Assembly (NCBI RefSeq): GCF_048593235.1
Contig: NC_133619.1
Coordinates: 330,536,454-330,600,453, forward strand
Reading direction: 5' to 3'
Source of the DNA: Sminthopsis crassicaudata
Lineage: Eukaryota
Length of the DNA stretch: 64,000 nt
Below are positions 9,901 to 22,783 of this stretch, in pieces. The position numbers were made by a program, and so were the translations under genes. Below the pieces are notes generated by a model. It searched no databases. It was not told the origin of the DNA and saw only the letters and a list, made by a program, of their open reading frames with translations. How positions within the stretch are numbered: position 1 is the first letter of the stretch; every line of letters begins with the position of its first letter.

Positions 9901-11313
9901 TGCAAGGCATAAGATCCCATCAATGCCTAGGCAATGCAGGACCACACAGGTCACAGGGAAAGGGCAATGACCAGTCAGCCCAGGGCCCAGGCAGTGTGCA
10001 ATATCTATTGACCTCCCACTTCTTGAAAGGGATGGAGTACGGGTTTCTTCTTGTTTTTCTCTATTATGTAATCATTTTAGAGCTTTCTAATTTTGTGACA
10101 TCCATTTTCAATATGTTTATATGTGCTCTTCTTTTCATTTGTATTGTTGAGGTCATTATGTTGTAGCCACTGTTTTGAGGAGGCGAAGGGCAAAATAGGT
10201 GGAGAGAAATGCACAGAGCCAGGCCTGGAATCAAGAAGACCGAAACTGAAATTTGGCCTTAGATACTTATTGCCTGAATGAGTCTGGGCTAAATCCTTTC
10301 TCCATTATAAAATGAACTGGAGAAGAAAATGACAAACTGCCACAATATCTTTTTTCTTTTTAAAGAAAATCTCACATAGGATCACTGAGAGTCAAATACA
10401 TTGAAATCACTGAACAACAACTGCAACATCACTCTGCATCATTTCTTACTTCTTACTCTTGAACGAGCATTTTATTGACTGTCATCTAGCTGCTTTATAA
10501 TAATTGCTTTTTATAACATTTTTTAAGTATAATTATATCCCTCTACATTAATACCCCATGATTTGTTTAGACATTCCAAAATTTATGAGCTTCCATTTTG
10601 TTTCTAATTCTCTGTTATCAGGAAATCGGCCACTTGTTTTTTTCTTTATTTTGTTCTTTATGGGGACTTTATTTTTATTTTTTCTTCACTTATAAGCCCT
10701 ATAATACAGGTCACAAAGTTGGTGATCTCAGAGTGAATCCAAGTCTGACACTGACTAGCTGTGTTATGCTAAGTCACTTCTCCTTTGGGACCTGAGATGG
10801 TCCCTCATCTGTAAAATCGAGCTCCTAATACTTATACCACTTATTTTGCCAAATGTTTATGAGGGATATTTTTCAAAATGTAAAGTATTTCATAAATGTG
10901 AGGATTTACATTTTTTTTAGAAAAATCTTTTATTTTTTTATATTACCACAGTTTCTCACAGTTTCCCTCTCATCCTTTCAGAGAATCATGTGATTCAACA
11001 AATAGTATTTTTCAAGGAAAAAAAGCCAGAAAAATACTCTGAAAAAAAAATCTAAATGTATGAACAGTGTGCAATGTCTACAGACCTCTCACTTCTTCAA
11101 AGGAGTAATAGTAGTTTTTCTTTATTTTAGAGTCATTTTAAAGCTTTCTAGTTTTGTGACATTTATTTTTGAGTTTATGTGTGTTCTTCTTTTCGTTTAC
11201 ATTGTTGAGGTCATAGTGTTGTAGCCACTCTTTTGGGCGGGACCAACTAGGTGGAGAGATAGTGCACAAAGCCAGGCCTGGAATCAAGAAGACCAAAATT
11301 GAAATCTGGCCTT
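6920..11313 (+). repeat. Rearranged repeat unit lacking the TRIM gene
   Basis: 8330-9994 matches 2700-4394. At 9994/9995 the sequence jumps directly into 3'-flank sequence (homolog of ~7435), skipping promoter and CDS. Confidence 0.8.
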
Positions 11314-12600
11314 GGGTGGGAATCCTCAGTGCAGAGCAGGCACAGTGGGAGGATAGGCAGGGTTCACCTTGGCACAGGTCAGGCTTGGAGGGCATTAGTC
11401 TCAGTGAGGGGTTCCATTCCAGATGAGAAAAAGAAACAGCAAAGCAGATTATTATAAGGGATTCCCCCTAAGTGAGTTAGAGAGTGCAATTCTGAAACAA
11501 AGGATAGCACAACGCTTGTGGAAGAACCACACTTCCTTCTGAAGGGTACCCCCAGGCCTGGCTATCAGCCACGCCAGAGGAGGGTTGGTTGCCCACAGGT
11601 TTTGTTGAACTCCCCCTTATCTAGTTATCTGTTTGTACATTTACAATTTATAACCTTAGAGTAACCAGCCCTAAGTTATATCTGTCCTAATGAACAGGAA
11701 GAGGTGTGCAAACAGGGGAACTGAGGCAGGATAATTCAGGGAAACTGAGGCAGGACCATTAAAGGGAACTATGGCACAATATTCCACACTCTCTCTTCTG
11801 AATATTCAAATCATTGTATTACGTTCCTCTAGATACCTAGAAGGTCTCAGAACCATAATGTTGACTATTTGAGGCAGATAAAGCAAAATAGAAGTAGAAA
11901 AATGCAAGGACTTACATGGCAAGGGCAAGTCTCTCCCTGACAACCCCAAAGTTAACAGCAGGACAAAGGCTCCCTGCTGCAGTATGACAGGTGGAGTACC
12001 ATCTCAGCCAGAGAATCCAGTATGAGATGGACAGTTCACTCTTAGGTGGTCTGCAGTCATTTGTGCACTTAACTCAGCCTCTGCTTATATAGGAAGTAGC
12101 AGGGCTCAAGACAGTTGTGCTGCCCATTCAGAGGGGCACCCCACTCTAGGGGAGAAGGGTAAGGCTTGGAGTAGCTCCACCTGTCCAGGATACAGATTTC
12201 TGAGCAGAGATATGAGAGTAGGCACAGTTAGACCATCAAGGCAGACACACTCCAAACTTTTAGAGGCCTTATCTCAAAACTGCAATGTCCTATGAGAATG
12301 CTGAAATACTAATTAAGTAACTGGGGTTGCAGGACTGGAGACTGCCAAGTCCCAAGGTGCCTGATTTCCGGTTGTTTCTAAAAAAAGTAGTCTGAGTCTG
12401 CCAGGGCAATTCCAACAGAATAAGGGGTTCCAGAGCTAAAGCATAACCACAGTCACATTCCAGTAGGTTTAAGCAAGAAGTAAAAACAGAAAAGGACTGC
12501 TTAATTCAATCTGAACTAGTGGGAAGGGGGTGGGGCAGAAGTGCCTAAGGCAAAGTGAAGAAGAAAGTAGGAGTTTCCATTCTTTCAGGTATTTTTGAGA
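11314..12600 (-). mobile_element. LTR (11314-11778) with adjacent 3' internal ERV remnant, antisense
   Basis: On the minus strand a purine-rich tract (gaagagagagtgtggaatat) precedes TGTGCC at 11778, and AATAAA lies near 11447. It abruptly truncates the tandem unit. Boundaries are approximate. Confidence 0.45.
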
Positions 12601-12799
12601 AAGATCCACCTGTTTCTCCAATTTTTTATCTCTTGGTTCCTCCTTTTTCTCTCAGGCAAATGGAATCATCAAAAAAAGCAAATAAATTGTCAAATAACCA
12701 TCCCACATAGAAATCCCAAGAGCGAATTCCTACACATATAGGTTTTTCTGAAAAATCTCTCAAACATAACAGCAATGGCTACACAATTTTCACAATGGA

Positions 12800-13729
12800 T
12801 AAAGACCATAACCCAAAAAAGCTAGCATCTCTCGGGACCTGGCCACACCCACCCACAGTGTCTCAGCTCCCTGTCAGAATCTTAGAGCACAGACAATTCT
12901 GTCCTGCTAGTGCCTCACTGCTGCCCCCTGCAGTCTGTAGAGGAAGCTCAGTAATACTATCCAGCTCCCCCCCCCCAAAAAAAAAACAGACTGCATTTAT
13001 TTTTTTGTTTGTTATCTTTGATTCTTTTCTGACAAAATGGGCAAAAAATTAAAATGGGCTCTAACTATTGATAGCTTCTATCATGATAGAGAGCAGACTT
13101 TAAACCCTGAGGAGACTAAAAACAGACTGTCTCCGGATGAATCCCCAAAGGGGGATATGATCTATCCTCAACATACAAGACTCTTATAGTAGAAATTTAA
13201 AAAAAACCTCTCACAAGAGAGCTAGAAGAAAAGTGGGAAAAGGAAAGGGAACCTTGGCAAAAGGATCTGCATAAGTCATCCCACTCATTTAAAGATAGAG
13301 TGGATAAAGAAATCAAATCCTTGAAAAACAGAATTAGTGAGTTGGAGAAGGTAAACTATTCCAAAGAAAACAGCATTATTCAATTGGATAAAGAAAATAG
13401 CTCTCTAAAAAAATAAAATTGATGAAATGGAAAAAAAATTCCATAGAACTAAACAACTCACTTAAAAACTCAATTGGACAATTACAAAAAGATATAAAAA
13501 AGTGAGCAAAGAAAATAATTCATTAAAAATCAGAATTGAACAAATGGAATTGAATGACTTCAGGAGACACCAAGAATCAGTCAAGCAAAACCAGAAAAAT
13601 GAAATGATGGGGAAAAAAAATGTCAAATACCTTCCTGGGAAAACAACAGACCTAGAAAATAGATCTAGGAGAAATCATCTGAGAATTATTGGACTTCTTG
13701 AAAAATATGATTAAAAAAAAAAAAAGAGC
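12800..13729 (+). mobile_element. L1 5' part (5'UTR and first half of ORF1, decayed)
   Basis: ATG at 13037 followed by ORF1-type coiled-coil peptides (SKENNSLKIRIEQMELNDFRRHQE...TDLENRSRRNHLRIIGL). ORF1 resumes in register at 25281. Confidence 0.85.
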
Positions 13730-14054
13730 TGTAAGGGTCCATTAGAGAGGTATGGCAACCACAATTGGGATGTAAGTAGGCCAGTGGTCTTGAGGTTCCC
13801 TGATGTGATTGGATAGGATCACATAAGGACTTCCTTTGTGGGTGTGACTTCCAGCCACATGGGGGAATCCTAATTACTTTGATCTTGAGTAAAGTCCGGG
13901 ATGTAATCTCCGTCATTGATTGGCTTGTGCCTGTGACCTCATACACCCTATATAAGCTCAGAGGAGGAAGGGCTTGACCCTCCTTTTTTCCATCTTCTTT
14001 CCACCTGGAGCTCAGCACTGGGCAGTGATACTAAGAGAGTGCAGGAGGTCATAG

Positions 14055-14527
14055 TGATGAGGGTTGGGGTCCCTTTAAGATTCCTTTCTAATTGCCCAAC
14101 CCATGACTGACCTTGATTCACAAATCCTAGTCAAAGGCACCCTTTGAATATCTGGGCCCAGTCCCCACCCTCAGCTCAGCTTCCCCCAGCCCTCACCTGA
14201 TCTGAGCTAACTGAAAAGCCCGACAGAACTGGGTACCGCCCATCATCTTCTAGGTATAAAAGAAATGAGCTGGAACGCCCTCTTTGCAGGAGCCCTTCCC
14301 CCAACACATGGTATCCTTCCAGCCATGTAATGATCCCTGCCCTCCCAGCGGCCACCTCTGGCCCTGGCGTCTTTCTAACTGAACTTTGCTTCCAGATTCC
14401 TACAATAAACCTTTTATTTATCAATCTAGGTTTTCAGGCCTGTAAACTCATTTTACATGGGACACTGCACCTCATGGGATTATCTATGTGCTGAGAAATG
14501 GGGTTCCCCCTTTCCTTTCCCTCATTA
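14055..14527 (+). mobile_element. Solo LTR nested in the 5' LTR of the provirus
   Basis: Termini TGATGAGG...CCTCATTA and a 4-bp TSD ATAG (14051-14054, 14528-14531). It is absent at the matching position of the 3' LTR. Contains TATAAAAG (~14254) and AATAAA (~14404). Confidence 0.88.
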
Positions 14528-14868
14528 ATAGAGTGAGGTGTAAACCATGTGAATAAAATCTAAACTTGCCTGCCAAAACTCTGGGGTGCTCTGTTGTACT
14601 CAAACTATGTCCATATGAGAAAGCAGCTGAAGGATTTTGGAGACCTCAAAACAGAGGCAAAGTTTGTAATATTTGCCAGAGTTTCTCTAATTAGATCTAG
14701 GAACCAGGATTGATTAGCAGTAGTTAGGTGCAAGAGTGGCACTTAACATATGATCCCATAAATGAGGCGTAATAATAAATCGCTAAGCCTTGAAATATTA
14801 ATTATTAAAAGTTAATATTCAAGAAGGCATAACAGTTCCTCATCTGGAAGAGAAGGTAGAGATACATT

Positions 14869-16320
14869 ATGGGTCTAACTGTGACCAGACCCGAGAGTAC
14901 AGTTGTACAGGAAGCTTATGAGTTAGAAACTAGAACAGGTGATTCTTTAACAAAAAACACACCCAAAGAAAAAGAAAAGCAGGAGGAGTGCTCCCCAATG
15001 CCAAAGAGTATTTATCCTTCATTAGAAGACTTATCAGGATATGTGCTCCAGGTAGTCTAGGCAATAAAGAAAACAACCTCCCACACTCCTTAAGTACAGC
15101 TCAAATAGAGAGGAGTGATGGGATTAAACTTGGAACAAAAGATGCTGGAGCTAGGCCCTCAAGCAGAATTAGGAGGTAAAGCAAAGGCCAGACTACAGCA
15201 ATTAGAACAAGAAATGCAACAGCTCAGACAAAAAGCTGAGGTAGAAGACAAAGGATTAAATTAGAACAGAGAGGGAAGCAAGAGCCCTGGACACAGATTG
15301 AGCTGGAGAAGAGACAGGAGATTGTTTTGCAAAGACCAGCTGTTTTTCCCATTGAGCACAGAAAAAACCATCCCCACACAGCTTTACAGGAAGGGTTAAT
15401 GAAGGCAGCTGCTGAAGGGGAAAATATAATGCCATGGGATTCTGATTGGGGCCTACAGACTTACCCTGTAGAGGATAATGGGTGGGGTAGTCGGACACTT
15501 GTTCTGATCCCATTTAAAATGTTAAAAGAGGTGAAAGAAACTTGTGAAAGCTACAGCCTGAACTCATTTTATACTATGCACATTTTACAAATGAAATCAA
15601 TTAGTTATGCCCTTGCCCCGAATGATTGGAAGTGTATGGCATCTGCTTGTTTTACTCCTGGTCAGTCAGTGTGGCTATCAGAATTTACTAAATCAGCTCA
15701 GAAATATGCTATAGCCAATGACCATCAGGACCCGGAAAAGTCTGTGCTTATAATTATCGGCACAGGCTGCTATTCTACAACTCAGGCCCAGATATTTGTG
15801 TTTGCACCTATCTCACAGTGTGCTATGCAGGCTTGGGGAGAATAAATAAGGAGGGGCTGGTAGAGCAACATCTTACTTCAATAAAACAAAGCCCCAGAGA
15901 ATATATTCAAGATCATGAGTCCCGATTAAAAACAGCAATTGACAGAGTTATAGGGAAAAATGGTGCTTCTGACCTTCTTTTCAGGCAACTGCTAAAAGAG
16001 GGAATGAATAAGATGTGCAGAAATATAGCGGCTGGACTCTCTAAAGAAGCCCCTATCTCTGAAATTATAGATAGATGTAATGAAGCAGACGAGGCTGTTA
16101 ATAGAGAGACAATGGCCTCAGCTACAGCTCAGGGAATCACACAGGGAATGGACAGGAAAATGGAAAGAAATGTTATAACTGTGGCAGAAAGGGACATTTC
16201 CAAGCCCAATGCCATAAGCGGCCAATAGGAGGCAGAACATTATATTGCCTTGTTTATGGCAAGATAGGCAACGGGGCAAAATTTTATATTACCAGGAAGA
16301 AAAATACTACATGGTTCAGG
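14869..16320 (+). pseudogene. gag: Frameshifted gag
   Basis: MG start, a betaretroviral CA-like segment (YSLNSFYT..LAPNDWK), an MHR-like segment IKQSPREYIQDHESRL, and a CX2CX4HX4C zinc knuckle CYNCGRKGHFQAQC at 16171-16212. Confidence 0.8.
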
Positions 16321-16439
16321 GAAATTGGTGAGGGGTCCCACGAGGACCCCAAACACACACTAAATAGATTAGGAACCTATCCAGAAGGGAGCTACAGGGT
16401 CCAAAGGGAATTATCAGGCCTTGATGAGAAATATGTACA

Positions 16440-18760
16440 GTATTTGGTGAATGCAGTTGAGGGTTTTAACATTAACCCATGGACCACTGCACGTGTTGAG
16501 GTGCAACCCAAGGCTGGAGATAGAATTGGACTTTCAGACTATGCACCTGTGATTGTACATACTATGATATTAAAACATATGGAACCATTTATCTTGGTTA
16601 CCAATCCTCATCCATATCCTGTGAATTTAAAGGGAGATCATCCAATTGCTGAAGCACTCCCATTACATCCCTTTGGTGAGGTGAATTTTACTCACACGCA
16701 GTTAGAGAGAGTGGAGTTTTATACCTGTAGAACTACAAAGATAGTCTCTGGAGAGTCGGAACTCCCCTTTGCTTACCTTGTGGATTTTTCACTTCCACAG
16801 GTGGGCTTGACTGCCCAACCCCCTCCGAGTATTTATAAAACAGTGTTTATTTATAGAATGATTTGAGAAACTGCTGTCTTAATCACCAGTATAGATAGTC
16901 TGTGATCTATGACCCAGGAGGAGAAGGAACATCAGATTTATTGATTCACACTCCTGAAATACAATTTAGTATTAGTAATTCAAACTTTGACTTGAGGCAA
17001 AAGAATTTAAGGATATTATCGACCGGAGCTTTCATTGCTGAGTGTCCTTTGCTCATTATCTGTAGGAATCATTGAAAAGGCTGGTAGACACAGATGTAAG
17101 TAATATAGCTATTAGATGTGCCAGCTGGGTTAGTAATTGGTTAAAAGCCACCGCAAATACCTATGTGTCTGGTATAAAAGGGTCTATGACAACTAAAATT
17201 AGTGCTACCGCTTAGAAATGGAAATTTAAATTTAAGACAGAAAAATTTATTTGTTTTACAGTTGAAAGTTCCCCCATTGACCAGTGGGGAAGAGGATTCT
17301 TAAAAAATTCAAATTTTATTAGGCACAGGACAGAAAAGACTTAACCAAGGACATTTATAAGCTTCTCTAAGTCCTTGGAATCCCCTTAAATTTGTTATAA
17401 AAAGGAAGTTTGGGGAATGGAGAATGTTTATTGATCTGAGAAAAGTAAATGGACACGTGGAGACAACTGAAGCTCTTCAACTTGGGCTTCCATCTCCTCA
17501 ATAGCTTGAGGAATGGTCTTTTAGGATTAAAAATTAGATCCCTCTAGAGAGGTTATGAAGGAATTTGTCTTTTCAGTGCCCAGCATTAATTCAGCTGAGC
17601 CTTATAAAGGATTTGAATGGACAGCCTTGTCACATGGAATAAAGAACAGCTCAATTTTGAGTCAAAGGCATGTGGCTGCTGACCTTGCTCCTGTGAGAAA
17701 AGTATCTCCAAGAGTTAAGGTAGTATTCCTTTTAAGAGGAAACAATACTTTAGACTCACAATACCAGCTTAAAAAAGAAGCTCTAAGCTCTAAAAGAGAT
17801 TGAATTGTTTTATCTAATATGGCTGAAAAAATAACTAAAAAATATTGGAAATATCAAATTTTGTCCTTCATCAAGGAGACAATATGAAGTGGGTGAACCT
17901 CCCAGCACAATTAGATAAAAAATTTAAATTTTACCCAGTGCTCATGGTTACAATTTCAGTAAAAACCATTGAGAAAGTAGTAAAATTATCTGGGACAAGA
18001 CCTGGTGAATTATGTATCTCTCATATCAATGTACAAATTGATGTGTATTGTGAAACCATCCCAGAGTGTAAAAATTTATTGGCTACAACTCTAAGCCTTG
18101 CACGTGGATATGTAAAAATAATTTTTGATTCAGCTTATTCAGTAGAAGTGGCACAAAGAACTGCCATAGCTCAAATAGAATTTGTAGTTTTTAATATATA
18201 TTATCAGTTGTTTAAAGAGCTTCAAGAGCGAATGAGAAAGCACTCTGGTAAATATTATATCCTACATGTCCATTTTAAGAATAGACTTTCAAATCATATC
18301 TTTTATAATCAGGCTGATAGAACCTTATATCTGCAAATTGTGATAACTAAAGAAGTTAGGAGCATAGCAAAAGGCTGTACAGCTTGTCTTTCTTTTCACT
18401 CTCCTATGTTCCCTATAGGACAAAACCCTTATGGTTTGAAATTTAATGTTTTAAGACAATGAACATTATTCATTTTAAAAGGCAGAGCACTATGTAATTA
18501 TGGATATACATCCTCAATTCTTTATGGCTTCATTCCAATGTGGAGAAGCAGCTAGGCCTGTGATCTACCATTTTTCTATTGTAGGAATCTCACATGCATT
18601 TAAGACAGATTATAGATTGGCTTATAAATATTTTGCCTTTAAGTCTTTTTGCATTGAATTTGACTCTTCCCTATTCCATTGGCATTTCTTATAGTCCTAC
18701 TAATGAAGTCATTACTGGACAGACTATTTATATCCCCAAGATGTTCTCTTTTAAACAAGA
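16440..18760 (+). pseudogene. pol: Decayed dUTPase/protease, RT, RNase H and integrase
   Basis: LVDTD (mutated DTG) at ~17081, SPWN..FVIK..WRM..DLRKVN at ~17365-17450, FSVPSINSAEPY, and an integrase-type CTAC zinc motif at ~18376. Many stops and frameshifts. Confidence 0.75.
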
Positions 18761-18893
18761 GAAGGGAATTTTGGGATATGCACAAGATGTGGCAATACAT
18801 ACATGTGATTGTTTGCAATTTTTAAGTTATTTTGATTTTACATTCCTAAGTGTGAAGGTCTGAGTTTATCACCTTGTAATCTTAAGTTATAAG

Positions 18894-19252
18894 TTATAAG
18901 TCCAAGTTATCACCTTGTAATCCTAACACCTAAGTTATTTTGATCTTACATTTTTAAATTATTTCGGTTTTACATTTTTAAATTCTTTGGATTTTATCTT
19001 AGCAAGGCACTTCTGGCACACACAGAAAGTACAGCTAAGTGACAGATTGACTGACTTTTGTTTGTTTTTTTGACAAGAACTTTCTTTCCACAATGATGTG
19101 GAAAGGCCTGGATGGCATTTGGAAAGGGACAAATTGGGTTAGGGTTTGGAGTCCCGGATACATTCTTTTCATTCTAGATGCAGATCCAACAACAGAGGAG
19201 TGACCTGGGGATCCAAGAGAAGGACCAGAAAATAGCCCTGAGGGACCAGTCA
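18894..19252 (+). repeat. Direct repeat A (ERV post-integrase sequence); second copy A' at 23869-24265
   Basis: Near-identical text from ttataagtccaagttatcacc to ...gaccagtca in both places, differing by scattered substitutions and a short internal minisatellite length difference. Confidence 0.92.
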
Positions 19253-20278
19253 ACAATGCAAATGAAAAGATGAGCCCAAACAAAAACATCAACAATGAAT
19301 GTCACAAAGTGCTCTAAAATGATTACATAATAGAGAAAAACAAGAAGAAAGCCCTACTCCATCCCTTTGATGAAGTGGGAGGTCAATAGATATTGCACAT
19401 TACACATGCATTGAGATTTTTCTAGAGTATTTTTCTTTTTTTTTTCCTTTGAAAATTACTATTTGTTGAATCACATGATTCTCTGAAAGGATGAGAGGGA
19501 AACTGTGAGAAACTGTGATGATGTTAAAAAAAAAAAAAGATTTTAATAAAAAATAAAATGTAGATCCTCACATTTATGTAATACTTTACCCTTTTGAAAA
19601 ATGGCCCTCATAAATATTTGGGAAAGTGAGTGGTACAATTATTAGAAGCTCCACTTTACAAATGAGGGACCATCTCAAGTAAAAAAGGATAAGTGACTTA
19701 CCAAAAGCCACACTGCTGGTCAGTGCCAGCGTGGGACTCACAGCCAGATCTCCGCCCTTTATGACCTGTGTTATTTCTCTGCAGTGCCTTCTGCTGTCTG
19801 CCAATACCATCTAGCAACCTTTAGGCTAAGGATCCCCTGAGAACCAAATATTTCTCAAGTAGATATTCCAGTGTTGTTATCTATTAGCTCCCAATGCTGT
19901 TGTAACAAACTGCCTCTAATTTGGCCATGAACGTATTTGGAAGGAAATTAATAAGTTTAAGTGACAGAAAAAATGTAAAATTACTGACAGCTTGGATGTA
20001 TAATCAAAGTAAAGGTAAGGATATTTTTTCTATAAAAAGAAGAAAATTTTAATTAAAACACTTTAATGCAAAAAGTAATTTTTAGAGGATAAACTTTTTA
20101 TTTGAAAGATTTGTTTTTTGGCTTTTGACAATAAATAACAACTTAATATTAACTAATTAATAATAACATGTTAATAAATAATAAACTTTATAATATAAGT
20201 TTAATATAACTTTATTGACAAATTCAACAAGGGTTCTCATGAATGGAGTCATTGCAGAGGTTGATTTGGTTGCTTGGA

Positions 20279-21910
20279 TTAGAAAATCTCATTTTGGGAA
20301 CGATCATCTTCTTGAGCATTGTTCCTCCTGGGACAGATATGCAGATATCCAGAGGTGTTTTTCCCCTTTGGAAAGCAAGGAGAGAAACAAGGGAGAAGGG
20401 GACCTTGAAAAGCCTTATTTGGGGGACTGTAGATTAGAGTTCCATCTGCAGCATTGTAAAAAGCTACGTGCCCTCTTTCATAATCTAGGAAAACGCCCAC
20501 CTTCTGAACTGGTTTGCAGGAAGGAACAGTTTGCTTTGAATGCCACAAGTGAAAGTCCCTGCCAAAGGTGAAGGCCGCCAGGGTCAGCCTGTCTCCCAGA
20601 ACCTTCTGGCCACCATCCCCCTTCCTTCTGATCCGTTCCTCACAGACGCCCACCTCCCACTCCTTCTGCTCCCCCACCACCACTTCCCAGTAGTGTCTCC
20701 CTGAAGTGAACTTCTGCTTGGCCAAGACCCAGAGGGCAGAATCGAATCTCTCTGGGTTGTCGGGAACATCCTGTGGGACAGCATGGTATTCCACCCTCTG
20801 CAGATCTTCAGACAGGGCCAGATGGGGATTGGCTGTTTGAGGGTCCAGACACAGACGCCTGTGGAAAGTCAGCAGCGTTTCTGCCATTCCGGAGACGGGG
20901 CGCATGGTCCATGTCGGGGAAGCCACCACTGGCTTCTGAAGAAGGAGCTCCTCACTCCTTCCCAATGTGCCTTTTGCCTCCTGGAGCATTTCAAGAGGAA
21001 GCTGAACAGAATTCTTCTCTATGCCTGCTATCAGCATGTCCAGCTTGTGGATCTCTTGCTTCATTCTGGTCTTGCTCTCCTCAAACTTTGCCAGGTTGTC
21101 TGTGACTTCTTGGTCCAGCCTCTGCAGGTGTCGCTTCTTTTCCTCTGACAGGAAGTGGAGCTTTTGCTCCCATTCAGACTTCACAGCCTGCTGCTGAGCC
21201 TTGAGCCCCTGCAGGGGCTGCTTCTTTGGCTTCATTAGCAGTCCAAGGTTCTTTCGGAAGGGGCTTTTCTTGTTCTCCAAATTGTCTCTTGCTTCCTGGT
21301 CCAATGTCTGCAGTTGAATCTCTTCTTCCTCCCCCAAGAACTGCTGCATTTTCTCATATTCAGACACAAGCAAGGCTTTGAGCAGGCGGCCGTCCTTCTC
21401 CCACTGCGCCTCTCGAATTTCCTCAAATCCCAATTCCATCTGAAATCTCTTCTTCTGGGTCCTTAAACTCTTGCCTGTGGCCTCGAGCTTCTCCATGCAC
21501 TGAGTGACGGCCGCATCCAGGAGCAGAACTCTGTGCTTCTGGTGCTCTGGGCTTAAAAAGCAGGGTCCGCACAAGGGTCTCTGATCCTCCTCACAGAACA
21601 AGGTGTGCTGTAGGCCGTGTTTGTCACAGGTGGGCAGGTCCCCGAGGCTCTGCAGTAGGGGAGCTCTCTGCATCTTGCCAGTGTTAGCCAGATCCTGCAG
21701 CCCCCTGTCGGGGACCGTGTCTTCCAAGGCAGTGGCTGTGCTGCACACCGGGCAGGCTGTTGGAGGGCAGATGTCCTTCCAGGAGCTGGCAAGACACTCT
21801 GTGCAGAAGGTGTGGCCACACTCGAGAGTCACTGGGTCCATGAAATGGCCCAAGCACAGGGGACAGGAGGCCCCCACTCTGAGGTTTTCAAAGCAGATTT
21901 TGGCATCCAT
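20279..21910 (-). CDS. Intronless TRIM, copy 2, 543 aa, located inside the provirus
   Basis: Open ORF with the same RING/B-box/coiled-coil/B30.2 motifs. TATA, Inr and AATAAA are retained. Confidence 0.9.
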   Translation of the reverse strand: MDAKICFENLRVGASCPLCLGHFMDPVTLECGHTFCTECLASSWKDICPPTACPVCSTATALEDTVPDRGLQDLANTGKMQRAPLLQSLGDLPTCDKHGLQHTLFCEEDQRPLCGPCFLSPEHQKHRVLLLDAAVTQCMEKLEATGKSLRTQKKRFQMELGFEEIREAQWEKDGRLLKALLVSEYEKMQQFLGEEEEIQLQTLDQEARDNLENKKSPFRKNLGLLMKPKKQPLQGLKAQQQAVKSEWEQKLHFLSEEKKRHLQRLDQEVTDNLAKFEESKTRMKQEIHKLDMLIAGIEKNSVQLPLEMLQEAKGTLGRSEELLLQKPVVASPTWTMRPVSGMAETLLTFHRRLCLDPQTANPHLALSEDLQRVEYHAVPQDVPDNPERFDSALWVLAKQKFTSGRHYWEVVVGEQKEWEVGVCEERIRRKGDGGQKVLGDRLTLAAFTFGRDFHLWHSKQTVPSCKPVQKVGVFLDYERGHVAFYNAADGTLIYSPPNKAFQGPLLPCFSPCFPKGKNTSGYLHICPRRNNAQEDDRSQNEIF

Positions 21911-22374
21911 GTTCCTAGGTTTTCTAGTCCTTTTTTCCAGAGATAATCCACTAAGGCTAGGGAACTAGTTCTTTCCCTGAGCTCTTCTGTTTTCAGAGAG
22001 AGTCAACCCAGGATGTGCAACTATTTCTTCCCCTGAGCTCTGGCAACCAGGAAAATGACAGGAGTCCATCTAGTGGGCTCTTTTATAGGCCTTCCCTCTT
22101 AGCCCCTCCCCTCATCTACCATCAAGGTGTCAACTTATGCCCTGATAAAGACCCTAGTTTCTCCCTAGTGAGAGTTCTCACCTGGGTGAGTTTTCACTTC
22201 TGGATTTCATTGTATTCCTGGGGCTGGGGACTCACCAGGGTGTTCACACCTAGGCAAAGCAGCACAGAACTTTTTTCTCCAAATTGGGAAAGAACCAATT
22301 TTGTCTAAATGATTTCATTTTTTTTCTTCCTTTTTCTGCTTTCCTTTCCTTTCCTGTGCTTTTCTTTCCTTGGA

Positions 22375-22490
22375 TGTCAAAGTTGCCCAGAGTTATAGAG
22401 CTAGAAAGCATTTAGTGACTGATTCCTGGTTTGACTTGAAATACTCCAGGGCTGGCCTATATCCACTGTGCTATCTATCTGTCACTCACT
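22375..22490. mobile_element. Old MIR/MAR-like SINE fragment
   Basis: ttgcccagagttatagagctag...ctatatccactgtgctatc is a core-SINE-like motif. Confidence 0.45.
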
Positions 22491-22783
22491 TTCCCTATAT
22501 TGTTTACTGACACCAGGGAATTGGAGAATTGATCAAAAAGGTATTCCAGGAGGTTCTCTGTGGTAGTATTGGTCATAGTTATTGATCTAGTAATATTTGT
22601 CACCTCCATTGTCTATTCCCAGTTCCTAGTTACCATTTCAGTGGCAAAATAAGTTTTGAAGTTTCCAAAGTTTCATTAAAGTACTACTAGTGAAATTTCT
22701 AGGTCAGAAAGTATCATCAAGTAAAGATACAGACCAAGAATTTCAAAATTAGAATGTGTATTGCAATTATTTTGGGGTGAGAG

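Noticed and set aside
14749-14770. Primer-binding site after the 5' LTR
   Set aside because: tatgatcccataaatgaggcg is too degenerate to assign to a tRNA.
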